From the human T2T-CHM13v2.0 reference genome, Homo sapiens: 64,000 nt of DNA. The stretch's first letter is position 1; each line of letters starts with the position of its first letter. Below, piece after piece: positions 42,814 to 60,100 of this stretch. A program made the position numbers and the translations under genes. The DNA is taken from assembly GCF_009914755.1 (NCBI RefSeq), contig NC_060947.1. The stretch is one strand, 5' to 3'. Under the pieces are notes generated by a model. That model did no database searches. It saw only the letters and a list, made by a program, of their open reading frames with translations, and was not told the origin of the DNA.

Positions 42814-45800
42814 CAGTGGAACAGAATAGAGAACCCCCAAATAAGGCGACACACCTACAACTATCTGATCTTTGACAAGCCTGACAGAAATAAGCAATGG
42901 GGAAAGAACTCCCTATTCAATAAATAGTGCTGGGACAACTGGCTAGCCATATCTAGAAGACTGAAACTAGACCCCTTCCTTACAACCTAAACAAAAATTA
43001 TAATAGCTCAAGATTAATTAAAGACTTCAGTGTAACACCAAAAACTATAAAAACCCTAGAATAAAACCTAGGCAATACCATTCTGGACATAGGAATGGGC
43101 AAAGATTTTTTTTTTTTTTTTAGAGCCACAAGTAGTTCTGATTTTATTTAATTTCAAAAATTTTACTTATACAGAATAGTTGTACATATTTTCAGAGTAC
43201 ATGTGATAATTAAATAATTCATATAATTTGTAAAGATCAAAACAGTACATTGGGATATCCATCACCTTAAATATTTGTCTTTTTTATCTTAGAAACATTT
43301 GAATTATTCTTTTTTAGCTATTTTGAAATATACAATAGGTCATTGTAAACTATAGTCACTCTACTGATCTTTCAAACACTAGGTCTTGTTTCTTCTTTCA
43401 AATTGTACATTTGTACCCATTAATCAACCTCTTTTTATCCTCCCTCCCTTCTATCCTTCCTGGCTTCTGGTAACCACAATTCTACCCTCTATCTTTATGA
43501 GATCCATGTTTATTAGCTCCCGCATATGAATGAGAACATGCAATATTTGTCTTTTTGTGTTTGGCTTATTTCACTTAACATAATGACCTCCAATTCCATC
43601 CATGTTGCTGCAAATGACAGGATTTCATTCTTTTTATGGCTGAATAATATTTCATTGTGTATCTATACCACATTTTCTTATCCATTCATCCTTTGATGGG
43701 CACTTAGGTTGATTCCATATTTTGGCTATCGTAAATACTGCTGCAGTAAACATGGGAGTGTAAATATCTCTTCAATATATTGATTTCTTTTCTTTTGGAT
43801 GTGTACCCAGTAGTGGAATTGCTGGATCATATGGTAGCTCTAGTTTTATTTTTTTTGAAGGACCTCCATATAGTTTTTCATAGTGACTGTACTAATTTAC
43901 ATTCACCAACAGTATATGAGGGTATCCCTTTCTCCACATCCTCACCAGCATCTGTTGTTGTCTCTCTTTTTGATAAAGCCATTTTAGCTGGGGTAAGATA
44001 TATCTCGTGTGGTTTTGGTTTGAATTTCCATAAGGATTTGTGATGTTGGGCATTTTTTTCACATGCCCGTTGGCCATTTATATAGCTCCTTTTGAGAAAC
44101 ATTTATTTAGGTTTTTTGCCTGATTTTAAATCAGATTATTATCGTTATTTTACTATTGAGGTTTTTCAGTTCTTTATATTTTGTTTTTTAATCATTTGCC
44201 AGATGAATAGTTTGCAAATATTTTCTTTCATTCTGTGGGTTATCTTTTCACTAGTTGATTGTTTCCTTTGCAGTGCAAAAGTTTTTTAGTTTGATGTAGT
44301 CCCATTTGTCTATTTTTGCTTTGGTTGCCTGTGATTTTGAGGTTTACAAAATAATCTTTGCCTAAACTGGGCAAATGTCCTAAAGCATTTCCCCAACGTT
44401 TTCTTCTAGTAGTTTCATAGTCTTAGGTCTTAGGTTTAAGTCTTTCATCCACTTAAAAAATTTTTATTTTTAATTTTTGTGGGTACATAGTAGGTGTATA
44501 TATTTATGAGGTACATGAGATATTTTGATTCAGGCATACAATGCATAATAATCACATCAGGGTTAATGGAGTATCCATCACCTCAAGCATTTATCCTTTC
44601 TTTGCATTACAAACAAACTAGTTATACTCTTTTAGTTATTTTTAAATGTATACATTATTCTTGACAATAATCACCCAGTTGTGCTATAAAATACTAGATC
44701 TTATTGATTTTATTTAACTATATTTTTGTACACATGAACCATCCCCCCACCTGACCCCCACTATCCTTCCCAGACTCTGGTAATCATCGTTTTACTCTCT
44801 ATTACCGTGAGTTCAATTGTTTTAATTTTTAGCTACCACAAATAAGTGAGAACATATGAAGTTTGTCTTTCTGTGCCTAGCTTATTTCACTTAACATAAT
44901 GACCTCTGGTTCCATCCATGTTGTTGCAAATGACAGGATCTCATGCTTTTTATGGCTGAATAGTACTCCATTGTGTCTATGTATCACATTTTCTTCATCC
45001 ATCTATCTGTTGATGTACACTTAGGTTGCTTCCAAATCTTGGCTATTGTGAATAGTGCTGTGATAAACATGGGAGTGATACCTGAATAGACATTTATCAA
45101 AAGAGGACATACAAATGGCAAACAGGTATGTGAAAAGGTGCTCAACATCACTGATCATCAGATAAATGCAAATCAATACTACAAGGAGATTATTTCACCC
45201 TAGTTAAAATGGCTTTTATCCAGAAGTGAGGCAATAAAAAATACTGGCAAAGGTATGGAGAAAAGGGAACTGTTATATACTGTTGGTAAGAATATAAATT
45301 AGTACAATCACTATCAAGAACAGTTTAGAGTCCCCTCAAAAAACTAATAATAGAGCTATCATATGATCCAGCAATCTCACTGCTAGGTATATATTCAACA
45401 GAAAAGAAATCAGTATATCAAAGGAATGGGCAAAGATTTCATGACAAAAACACCAAAAGCAATTGCAACAAAAACAAAAATGGACAAATGAGACCTCATT
45501 AAACTAAAGAGCTTCTACACAGCAAAAGAAACTATCGAGGGACTAAACAGACAACCTACAGAACAGGAGAAACTTTTTGCAAACTATGCATCTGACAAAG
45601 GTCTAATATCCAGCATTTATAAGGAACTTAAATTTACAAGGAAAAAACAAACAAACAACCCTATTAAAAAGTGGGCAAAGGACACGCAGCCAACAAGCAT
45701 ATGAAAACAAGTTCAACATCACTGATCGTTAGAGAAATGCAAATCAAAACCCCAATGAGATACTATCTCACACCAGTCAGAATGGCTTTTATTAAAAAGT

Positions 45801-46530
45801 CAAAAAATAGCAGATGCTGGCAAGGTTGTGGAGAAAAAGGAATATTTAGACATTGTTGGTGGGAGTATAAATTAGTTCAACCATTCTGGAAAACAGCGTA
45901 TCAATTCCTCAAAGACCTAGAAACAGAAATACAATTTGACCCAGCAATCCCATTACTGGGTATATACTCAAAGGAATAGAAACCATTCTATCATAAAAAC
46001 ACATGCATGCGTATGTTCACTGAAGGACTATTCACAATAGCAAAGATATGGAATTAACCTAAATGCCCATCAAAGGTAGACTGGATAAAGAAAATATGGT
46101 ACATATATACCATGGAATACTATACAGCCATAAAAAGAATGAGATCATGTCCTTTGAGGGAACATGGATGAAGATGGAGGCCATTATCTTTAGCAAACTA
46201 ACATAGGAACAGAAAACCACATACCACATGTTCTCACTTATAAGTGGGAGCTAAATGATGAGAAAACATGGACACATAGAGGGGAACAACACACACTGAG
46301 GCCTATGAGAGGGTGGAAGATGAGAGGAGAGAGAGGATCAGAAAAAATAACTAATGGGTACTATGCTTAATTCCTGAGTGATAAAATAATCTATACAACA
46401 ATGTCCTATGACACAAGTTTACCTCTATAACAAACCTGCACATGTTTGTTGAACTTAAAATAAAAGTTTAACTTGGTAGGTAATTGAACCCCTGAACTTG
46501 AAATAAAAGTTAAATTAAAAAATAAAATAA
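42814..46530 (+). mobile_element. 5'-truncated old L1P insertion, itself interrupted at 43109-45421
   Basis: TSD AATAATG(G/A)GTTAT at 42801 and 46531; ORF2 3' part and L1P 3' UTR. Confidence 0.82.
43109..45421 (-). mobile_element. Composite L1 insertion (5' inversion plus second L1 segment) inside a single TSD
   Basis: 18-bp TSD AGGAATGGGCAAAGATTT at 43091-43108 and 45422-45439; poly-T at 43106-43121. Confidence 0.82.
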
Positions 46531-46669
46531 AATAATGAGTTATAAGATGTTATTCTCAAGCTTCATGGTAACTTCAAATAAAAACCAACAACAGATACAC
46601 AAAAATATATAAAGCAAGAAATTAAAACATACCGTCAGAGAGAATCACTTTCATACAAGGGAAGACAAA

Positions 46670-46738
46670 GGAAGGAAGAACGGGAAGGAAGGAAGGAAAG
46701 AAGGAAGGAAGGAAGGCAGGCAGGCAGGCCAGCCAGCC
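46670..46738. repeat. (GGAA)n-(GGCA)n-(GCCA)n compound microsatellite
   Basis: Direct reading. Confidence 0.85.
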
Positions 46739-48856
46739 ACACAACAACAAGAAAACAAAACAAAATGGCAGTAGTAAATCCTTACTTATAAATCATAAGA
46801 TTGAATGTAAACAGACTAAACTCTGCAATCAAAAGACACACAGTGGCTGAATGGATTTAAAAAAGACTCAATGATCTATTACCCATGAGAAACACACTAC
46901 ACCTATAAAGTAATGGAGAAAGATATTCCATGAAAATGGAAACCACAAAAAAAAGCAGTAGTAGCTATACTTATATCAACCAAAATAGATTTCAAGACAA
47001 AAACTATGAAAAGAGACAAAGAAGGTCATTATAATGATAAAAGGATAAATTCAGCAAGAGAAAATAACAATTGTAGATATCTATGAACCCAACACTGGAG
47101 CACCCAGATATACAAAGCAAATATTATTAGAGCTAAGGAGAGAGATAGACCACAATACAATAAGAGTTTGAGATTTCAGTACCCCACTTTCAGCATTGGT
47201 CAGATCATCCAGACAGAAAATCAATGAAGAAACATCAGACTTAATCTGCACTATAGGTCAAATGGATCTAATAGATATTTACAGAATATTTTATCCAATG
47301 TCTGCAGAATACACATTCTTCTCCTCAGCATATGGATCATTCTCAAGGATGGACCATATATTAGGTGACAAAACAAGTCTTAAAACATTCAAAAAATGAA
47401 ACAATATCAAGCATCTTCTCTGACCACATGGAACAACACTAGAAATTAATAAAGAAATGAATATTGGAAACATACGAATACATGGAAATTAAACAATATG
47501 CTCCAGAATGACCACTGGGTCAATGAAGAAATTAAGAAGGAAACTGAAAAATTTGAAATAAATGACAATGGAAACGCAACATACCAAAACCTATGGGATG
47601 CAGTGAGAGCAGTACTAAGAAGAAGGTTTATAGCAATAAGCACCTATATCAAAAAGTAGAAAAACTTCAAATAAACCACCTAATTATACATCTTATAGAA
47701 TTAGAAAAGCAAGAGCAAACCAAAACCAAAATTAGTAGAAGAAAAGAAATAATACAGATCAGAGCAGAAATAAAGGAAATTGAAATTTAAAAAACCAATA
47801 TGATCCGTTCCAAGATGGCAGAATAGGAAAAGCTCCGGTCTGCAGCTCCCAGCGTGATCAACACAGAAGACAGGTGATTTCTGCATTTCCAACTGAGGTT
47901 CCTGGTTCATCTCATTGGGACTGGTTGGACAGTGGGTGCAGCCCACAGAGGGTGAGCTGAAGTGGGGCAGGGTGTTGCCTTACCCGGGAAGCACAAGGGG
48001 TTGAGGGATTTCCCTTTCCTAGCCAAGGGAAGCCATGATAGCCTGCACCTGGAAAAACGGGACACTCTCGCCCAAATACTGCACATTTCCCATGGTCTTA
48101 GCAATCAGCACACCAGGAGATTCTCTCCCGTGCCTGGCTCGGAGGGTACCATGCCCACATAGCCTTGCTTGCTGCTAGCGCAGCAGTCTGAGATCGACCT
48201 GCGAGGCAGCAGCCTGGTGGGGGGAGGGGCGTCTGCCATTGCTGAGGCTTGAGTAGGTAAACAAAATGGCTGGGAAGCTGGAACTGGGCAGAGCACACTG
48301 CAGCACAGCAAGGCCTACTGGCTCTATAGACTCCACCTCTGTGGGCAGGGCATAGCTGAAAAAAAGGCAGCAGAAACTTCTGCAGAATTAAATGTCCCTG
48401 TCTGACAGCTCTGAAGAGAGCAGTGGTTCTCTCAGCACGGCGTTTGAGCTCTCAGAATGGACAGACTGCCTCCTCAAGTGGGTCCTTGACCCCTCATGTA
48501 GCCTAATTGGGAGACACCTCCCAGTAGGAGCCAACAGACACCTCATACAGGTGGGTGCCCCTCTGGAACAAAGCTTCCAGAGAAAGGATCAGGCAGCAAT
48601 ATTTGCTGTTCTGCAATATTTGCTGTTCTGCAATATTTGCTATTCTGCAGCCTCTGCTGGTGATACCCAGGTGAACAGGGTCTGGAGTGGACCTCCAGCA
48701 AACTCCAACAGACCTACAGCTGAGGGACCTGACTGTTAGAAGGAAAACTAACAAACAGAAAGGAATAGCATCAACATCAACAGAAAGGACATCCACACCA
48801 AAACCCCATCTGTAGGTCACCAACATCAAAGACCAAAGGTAGATAAAACCATAAAG

Positions 48857-49873
48857 ATGGGGAGAAACCAGAGCAGAATAGCTGAAAATTCTAAAAACAA
48901 GAGTGCCTCTTCTCTTCCAAAGGATCACAGCTCCTCGCCAGCAAAGCTGGACGGAAAATGACTTTGACAAGTTGACAGAAGCAGGCTTCAGAAGGTCGGT
49001 AATAACAAACTTCTCCAAGCTAAAAGAGCATGTTCTACCCATCACAAGGAAGCTAAAAACCTTGAAAAAAGGTTAGACGAATGGCTAACTAGAATAAACA
49101 GTGTAGAGAAGACCTTAAATGACCTGATGGAGCTGAAAACCATGGCACGGGAACTACGTGACACACGCACAACCTTCAATAGCCGATTCGATTAAATGGA
49201 AGAAAGGATATCAGTGAATGAAGATCAAATTAATGAAATAAAGCGAGAAGACGAGTTTAGAGAAAAAAGAGGAAAAAGAAACAAACAAAGCCTCCAAGAA
49301 ATATAGGACTATGTGAAAAGACCAAATCTACATTTGATTGGTGTACCTGAAAGTGACAGGGAGAATGGAATCAAGTTGGAAAACACTATTCAGAATATTA
49401 TCCAGGAGAACTTCCCCAACCTAGCAAGACAGGCCAACATTCAAATTCAGGAAATGCAGAGAACACCACAAAGATACTCCTCAAGAAGGGCAACCCCAAG
49501 ACACATAATTGTCAGATTCACCAAGGTTTAAATGTAGGAAAAAATGTAAAGGGCGGCCAGAGAGAAAGGTTGGGTTACCCACAAAGGGAAGCCCATCAGA
49601 CTAACAGCGGACGTCTCGGCAGAAACCTTACAAGCCAGAAGAGAGTAGGGGCCAATATTCAACATTCTTAAAGAAAAGAATTTTCAACCCAGAATTTCAT
49701 ATCCAGCCAAAGTAAGCAACATAAGTGAAGGTGAAATAAAATCCTTTATGGACAAGCAAATGCTGAGAGATTTTGTCATCACCAGGCCTGCCTTACAAGA
49801 GCTCCTGAAGGAAACACTAAACATGGAAAGGAACAACTGGTACCAGCCACTGCAAAAACATGCCAAATTGTAA
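48857..49873 (+). pseudogene. Disrupted L1 ORF1
   Basis: ATGGGGAGAAACCAG...GCCAAATTGTAA; remnant KRPNLHLIGVPE...TPRHIIVRFTKV followed by a premature stop. Confidence 0.88.
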
Positions 49874-49936
49874 AGACCATTGATGCTATGAAGAAACTGC
49901 ATCAATTAACAGGCAAAATAACCAGGTAACATCATA

Positions 49937-53773
<3,837 letters not shown>

Positions 53774-54371
53774 ACAATGAGAACACTTGGACACAGGGTG
53801 GGGAATATCACACTTCGGGGCCTGTTGTGGGGTGGGGGGAGGGAGGAGGGATAGCTTTAGGAGATATGCCTAATGTAAATGACGAGTTAACAGGTGCAGC
53901 ACACCAACATGGCACATGTATACATATGTAACAAACCTACACGTTGTGCACATGTAACCTAGAACTTAAAGTATAAAAAAAAATAAAAAAATAAAAAAAT
54001 GAAAGATCAATGAAATGAAAAGTCATTTTTTTGAAAAGATAAGCAAAATTGACCAACCTTTGACTAGACTAAGAAAAAAAGAGAGAAGGCCCAAATGAAT
54101 AAAATCAGAGATGAAAATGGAGACGTTAGGCTGATACCTCAGAAATTCACAGTATCATTAGAGACTACTATGAGCAACTATATGCCAATAATTTGGAAAA
54201 CCTAGAAGAAATGGATAAATTCCTAGACACATACAATCTACCAAGATGGAAACATAATGAAATCCAAAACCTGAATAGACCAACAGCAAGTAATGAGATC
54301 AAAGCCCTAATAAAGGTCCTCCAGCAAAAAACAACTGACACTTGATGGTTTCATTGCTGGATTCTACCAGT

Positions 54372-57175
54372 TTTGTTTACAACTTTTATTTCAGAATCAG
54401 GGGATACATGTGCAGGTTTGCTACATAGGTATATTGTGTGGTGCTGAGGTTTGGAATATGAATGAATCCATCCCCCACGTGGTAAGCATAGTACCCAACA
54501 TGTAGGTTTTTCTCAACCCTTATCCACCTCCCTTCCTCCCCTTCTTGCATTCTCCGGTATCTATTGTTCTCATGTTTATGACCTTGTGTACCTAATATTC
54601 AGCTCCCACTTATAACTGAAAACGTGTTATTTGGTTTTATTTCTATGTTAGTTCGCTTAGGGTAATGGTTTCCAGCTATACACATATTGCTGCAGAGGAT
54701 ATCATTTCATTCTTTTTAATGGCTGTGTAGCATACCACATTTTATTTATGCAGTCCACTGTTGACAGGCAGCTGGGTTGATTCCATGTTTTTGCAACTGT
54801 GAATACTGCTGCAATGAACATACAGATGCATATGTCTTTTTGGTAGAACAATTTATTTTCCTTTGGGTATATACCCAGTAGTTGTATTGCTGAGTCAAAT
54901 GGTAGTTCAACTCTGAGTTCTTTGAGAAGTCTTTAAACTCCTTTCCACAGTGGCTGAACTAATTTGCATTCCCAACAGCAGTGTATAAGTGTTCCCTTTT
55001 CTCCACAGCCTCACTAGCATCTGTTGTTTTTTGACTTATTTATAATAGCCATTATGACTGGTGTGAAATAGTATGTCTTGTTGTGGTTTTGATTTGCATT
55101 TCTCTGATGATTGGTGATGACAAGCATTTTTTCATGTTTCTTGGCCACTTGTACGTCTTCTTTTGAGAAGTGTGTCTGTTCATGTCCTATGACCACTTTT
55201 TTTTTTTTTTTTTTGAGACAGAGTCTCGCTTTGTCACCCAGGCTGGACTACAGTGGCTCCATCTTGGCTCACTGCAACCTCTGCCTCCTGGGTTCAAGTG
55301 ATTCTCCTGCCTCAGCCTCCTGAGTAGCTGGGACTACAGGCGCTCGCCACCACATCCAGCTAATTTTTGTATTTTTAGTAGAGACAGGGTTTTGCCAAGT
55401 TGGCCAGGCTAGTCTCGAACTTCTGACCTCAGGTGATCCGCCCATCTCGGCCTCCCAAAGTGCTGGGATTACAAGTGTGAGCCACCGCACCCAGCCCTTT
55501 GTCTACTTTTTAATGGGGTTGTTTGCTTTTGCTTTTTTGTTTGTTGATTTAAGTTCCTTATAAATGTTGTATATTAGACATTTATTAGATGCATAGTTTG
55601 TGAATATTTTCTCTTATTTTATAGGTGGTCTGTTACTTGGTAGTTTCTTTTGCTGTGCAGAAGCTCTTTAGTTTAATTAGGTTTCATTTGTCAATTTTTG
55701 TTTTGTTGCAATTGCTTTTGAGGACTTAGCCATAAATTCTTTTCCAAGGCTGATATTAGGAAGGGAGTTTTCTAGGTTTTCTTTTAGGATTTTTGTAGTT
55801 TGAGGTCTTACATTAATTCAAGATGGAGTAAAGACTTAATCCATCTTGAGTTAATATTTATATATGGTGATAGGTAGGGGTCAAGTTTCATAGGACCATT
55901 TATTGCATAGGGAATCTTTTCCCAATTTCTTATGTCTATTGGCTTTGTCGAAGATCAGGAGGTTGTAGGTGTGCAGCTTTATTGCTGGTTTCTCTATTTT
56001 TTTTTCTATTTTCTTCCGTTGGTCTACATGTCTGTTTCTGTACCAGTACCATGCTGTTTCTGTTACTCTGTAGCCTTGTAGTATAGTTTAAAGTTAGGAG
56101 AAGTGATGCCTCTGGCTTTGTTGTTTTTTTTTGCTTAGGATTGCTTTGGCTATTTGGGTTGTTTTATGTTCCACAGGAATTTTAGAATAATTTGTTCTTA
56201 TTCTTAGAAAAATGACATTGGTAGTTTGATAGGAATAGTATTGAATCTGTAAATTGCTTTAGCAGTATGGCCATTTTAATGATGTTGATTCTTCCAATCC
56301 ATGAGCGTGAGATGTTTTTCCATTTATTTGTGTTATGTCTGATTTCTTTAGGCAATGTTTTATAATTCTCCTTTTGGATCTCTTTCACCTCCTTGGTTAG
56401 CTACATTCTTAGGTATGTTATTCTTTCTGTGGCTATTATAAATGGGATTGCCTTCTTGATTGTCTCTCAGCTTGGACATTATTGATTTATAGAAATGCTA
56501 ATGATTTTTCTATACTGAAGTCATTTATCAGCTCTAGGAGCCTTGTGGCAGAGTCTTTAGGGTTTTCTAGGTATATCATATACCTAGATTGATGAATCAT
56601 TGACGATCATTGATAAATCATATCATCAATGAAGAGAGATAGCTTGACTTCTTCATTTCCTATTTGTATGTTTTTTATTTCCTTCTCTTGCCTGGTTGCC
56701 CTGGCTAGGACTTCCAGTACTATGTTGAATAGGAGTGGTGAGTATGAGCATTCTTGTCTTGTTCCAGTTCTCAAGGGGAAAGCTTCCAGTTTTTGCCCAT
56801 TCAGTATGGTGTTGGCTGTGGGTTTCTCATAGATGGGTCTTATTATTTTGATATATGTTCCTTCAGTGCCTCATTTGTTGAGGGTTTTTACCATGAAGGG
56901 ATGTTAAATTCTATCAAAAGTTTTTTTCTGATCTATTGAGATGATCATATGGTTTTCATTTTTAGTTATGTTTATGTGGTGAATCACATTTATTGATTTG
57001 CATATGTTGAATCAACCTTGCATCCCAGGAATAATGCCTGCTTGATCATGGTGAATTACCTTTTTGATGTGCTCCTGGATTTGGTTTGCTAGTATTTAGT
57101 TGAGGATTTTTGCATCTGTGTTCATCAGTGATATTGCTCTGAAGTTTTCTTTTTTTTCATTGTGTCTCTGCCAGC
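54372..57175 (-). mobile_element. 5'-truncated old L1P insertion
   Basis: L1P 3' UTR at the left end; - strand ORF2 remnants ([21 protein letters not shown]). Confidence 0.85.
55197..55496 (-). mobile_element. Alu (AluSx-like)
   Basis: Poly-T plus full dimer inside L1. Confidence 0.93.
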
Positions 57176-60100
57176 TTTTTCCACCAAACATTAAAGGAGA
57201 ACTAATACCAATCCTACTCAAACTATTCCAAAAATTAAAGTAAGAGGGAATACTTTCATACTCATTCTATGAGGCCAGTATTACCCTGATACCAAAACCA
57301 AACAAATATCAAAAAAAGAAAACTACAGGCCAATATATCTGATGAACATTAATGCAAAAACCTTTGACAAAATACTAGCAAACTGTATTTGTTAACTTAC
57401 TAAAAAATATATTCATTATGACCAAGCAGGGTTCACCCCAGGGATGCAAGGATGATAAAACTTATGCAAATCAATCAATATGATATATCATATCAACAGA
57501 GTGAAGGACAAAATCCATATGATCATTTCAATTGATGCTGAAAAAGCATTCAATAAATTCAACATCTCTCCATAGTAAAACCCTTAAAAACCTGGGCATA
57601 GAAGGAAGAAACATACCTCAACACAATAAAAGTTATTCTTTGAACTTTACAAGTTGATTCTGAATTTCTTCTTAATGTAATTATAAATAAGATATATTTG
57701 AAAAAGAAGAATAATAAGAGAGGACATATGTACTAAAGTCTCATTAATGAAAACAATGTGGAACCAGCACAGAAAGAGTTTAGTCAATCAGTGGAACAGA
57801 ATAAGCATTTTAGAAACAAACGCATAAGTCTGTCTATGAATGTACTATTTAATAAGGTTGGTATTTCAAGTCAGTGGGATAAGTAAGTATTATTCAACAA
57901 ATAGAATGCAGGGACTATTAACTATCTATATAGAGGAAAACATATACAGATACCTAGTTCATTCATTATATTAAAAAAATCAGGTTACTTAAAGATCTAA
58001 ATGTAAAACTATGGAGTTTAAGGAGAAGATACAAAAGAATTATTTCCCTGAGGTAAAATGCCTGAACTCAAAAGCTATAAAGTAAAATATTGACAATATG
58101 ACTACATAAAAGATGTAAAGCTATATGGTAACCATCTGACAAGGGATTAATTACCAGAAATTCTAAGGAGCTCAAACCACTCATTAAGGAAAAAATAATC
58201 CAATTTGAAAATGGGCAAGAGATCTGAATAGACAGTTCTCAAAAGATGACATACAAATGGCAAACAAGTATGTGAAAAGGTGCTCAACATAACTGATCAT
58301 AATAGAAATGCAAATGAAAACTACAATGAGATATCATTTCACCCCAGCTAAAATGGTTTTTATCTAAAAGACCTGCAATAACGAATGCTAGCGAAAATGT
58401 GGAGAAAGGAGACCCTTTGTAAACTGTTGGTGGGAATGTAAATTAGTACAGCTACCATAGAGTATCCTCCATGTACATAGGATCCTCCAGTATTGAGGGT
58501 CCTCAAAACACTAGAAATAGAACTACCACATGATTCAGCAATGCCACTGCCAGATATATACCCATAAGAAAAGAAATCAGTATATCAAACATTTATCTGC
58601 ACTCCCATGTTTATTGCAGCACTATCCACAATAGCCAAAATTTGGAATCAACCTAAATGTACATCAGTAGACAAATGGATAAAAAATGTGGTGCATATGC
58701 ACAATGGAGCACTATTCAGCCATAAAAAGAACAAGATTATGTCATTCGTAACAACATGGATGAAAATGAAGGACATAATGTTAAGTGAAATAAGCCAGAC
58801 ACAGAAAGACAAATTTCACATGTTCTTACTCATTTGTGGGGTCTAAAAATTAAAAAAATTGAACTCATGGAGACAGTAGAATGATGGATCACAGAGGATT
58901 GGAAGGGTAGTGGGATAAGGGTGATGGGGATGGTTAATGGGTACAAAATATAGTAAGATACAGTGAATGAGATCTAGTATTTGATAGCACAACAGGGTGA
59001 CTACAGTCAACAATAATTTGTTGTACATTTTAGAATAACTGAGGGAGTACAATTGGAATGTTTTCCATATTGAGTTGTTTGAGTTCTATATAAATTCTGG
59101 TTATTAATCCCTTATCAGATGGGTAATTTGCAAATGTTTTCTCCCTTTCTGTGGTTTGTCTCTTCACTTTGTTGATTGTATCCTCTTCCGTGCAGAAGCT
59201 TTTTAGCTTGATGTGATCCCATTTGTCCATTTTTGCTTTGGTTGCCTGTGCTTGTGGAGTATTGCTCAGAAAATTTTTGTCCAGACTAATGTCCTGAAGA
59301 TTTTCCCCAATGTTTTCTTGTCGTAGTTTCAGAATTTAAGGTCTTAGATTTAAGTCTTTGATCCATTTTGATTTGATTTTTGTATATAGTAAGAGACAGG
59401 GTCTAGTTTCATTCTTCTGCATATGGATATCCAGTTTTCTCAGCTCAATTTATTGAAGAGACTATCCTTTCCCCAATGCATGTTCTTGGCAGCTTTATTG
59501 AATGTTCATAACACAAAGAAATGATGAATTTTTGAGCTGATGGCTACCCCATTTACCCTGACTATTACACATTATATACTTGTATCAAAACATCTCATGT
59601 ACCCCGTAAACATGTGCACCTACTGTGTAGCCATAAAAATTAAAAAAATAAATTATCAGACATAGACTGTCAGAGTGGATTATAAAAATAAGACCAAACA
59701 GAGTTACCTATAAGAAATCCACACTAAATGTAAAGACACAGTTAGATTTAAAGTAAAGGGATGGAAAAAGGTAGTTCATGCTAACACTAATCAAAAGAAA
59801 GCTATAGTAGCTATATTAATTTCAGATAAAGCACACCTCAGAACAAGGGAAATAATCAGGGATATAGAGGGCATTACATGATGATAAAGGGGTCAATTCT
59901 CCAAGAATAAGTGACAATTCTTAAGAGCAATTCTTAAGGTGTTTTCCCCTATCAACCAAGTGTCAAAATATATGAGGCAAAAAACTGATAGAACTGCAAG
60001 GAGAAATAGACAATTCCACAAATAAAGTTGGAGGCTTCCATACCCCTCTATCAGCAATTGAACAGATCCAACAGGTGGCAGGTCAGTAAGAACACTGTTA

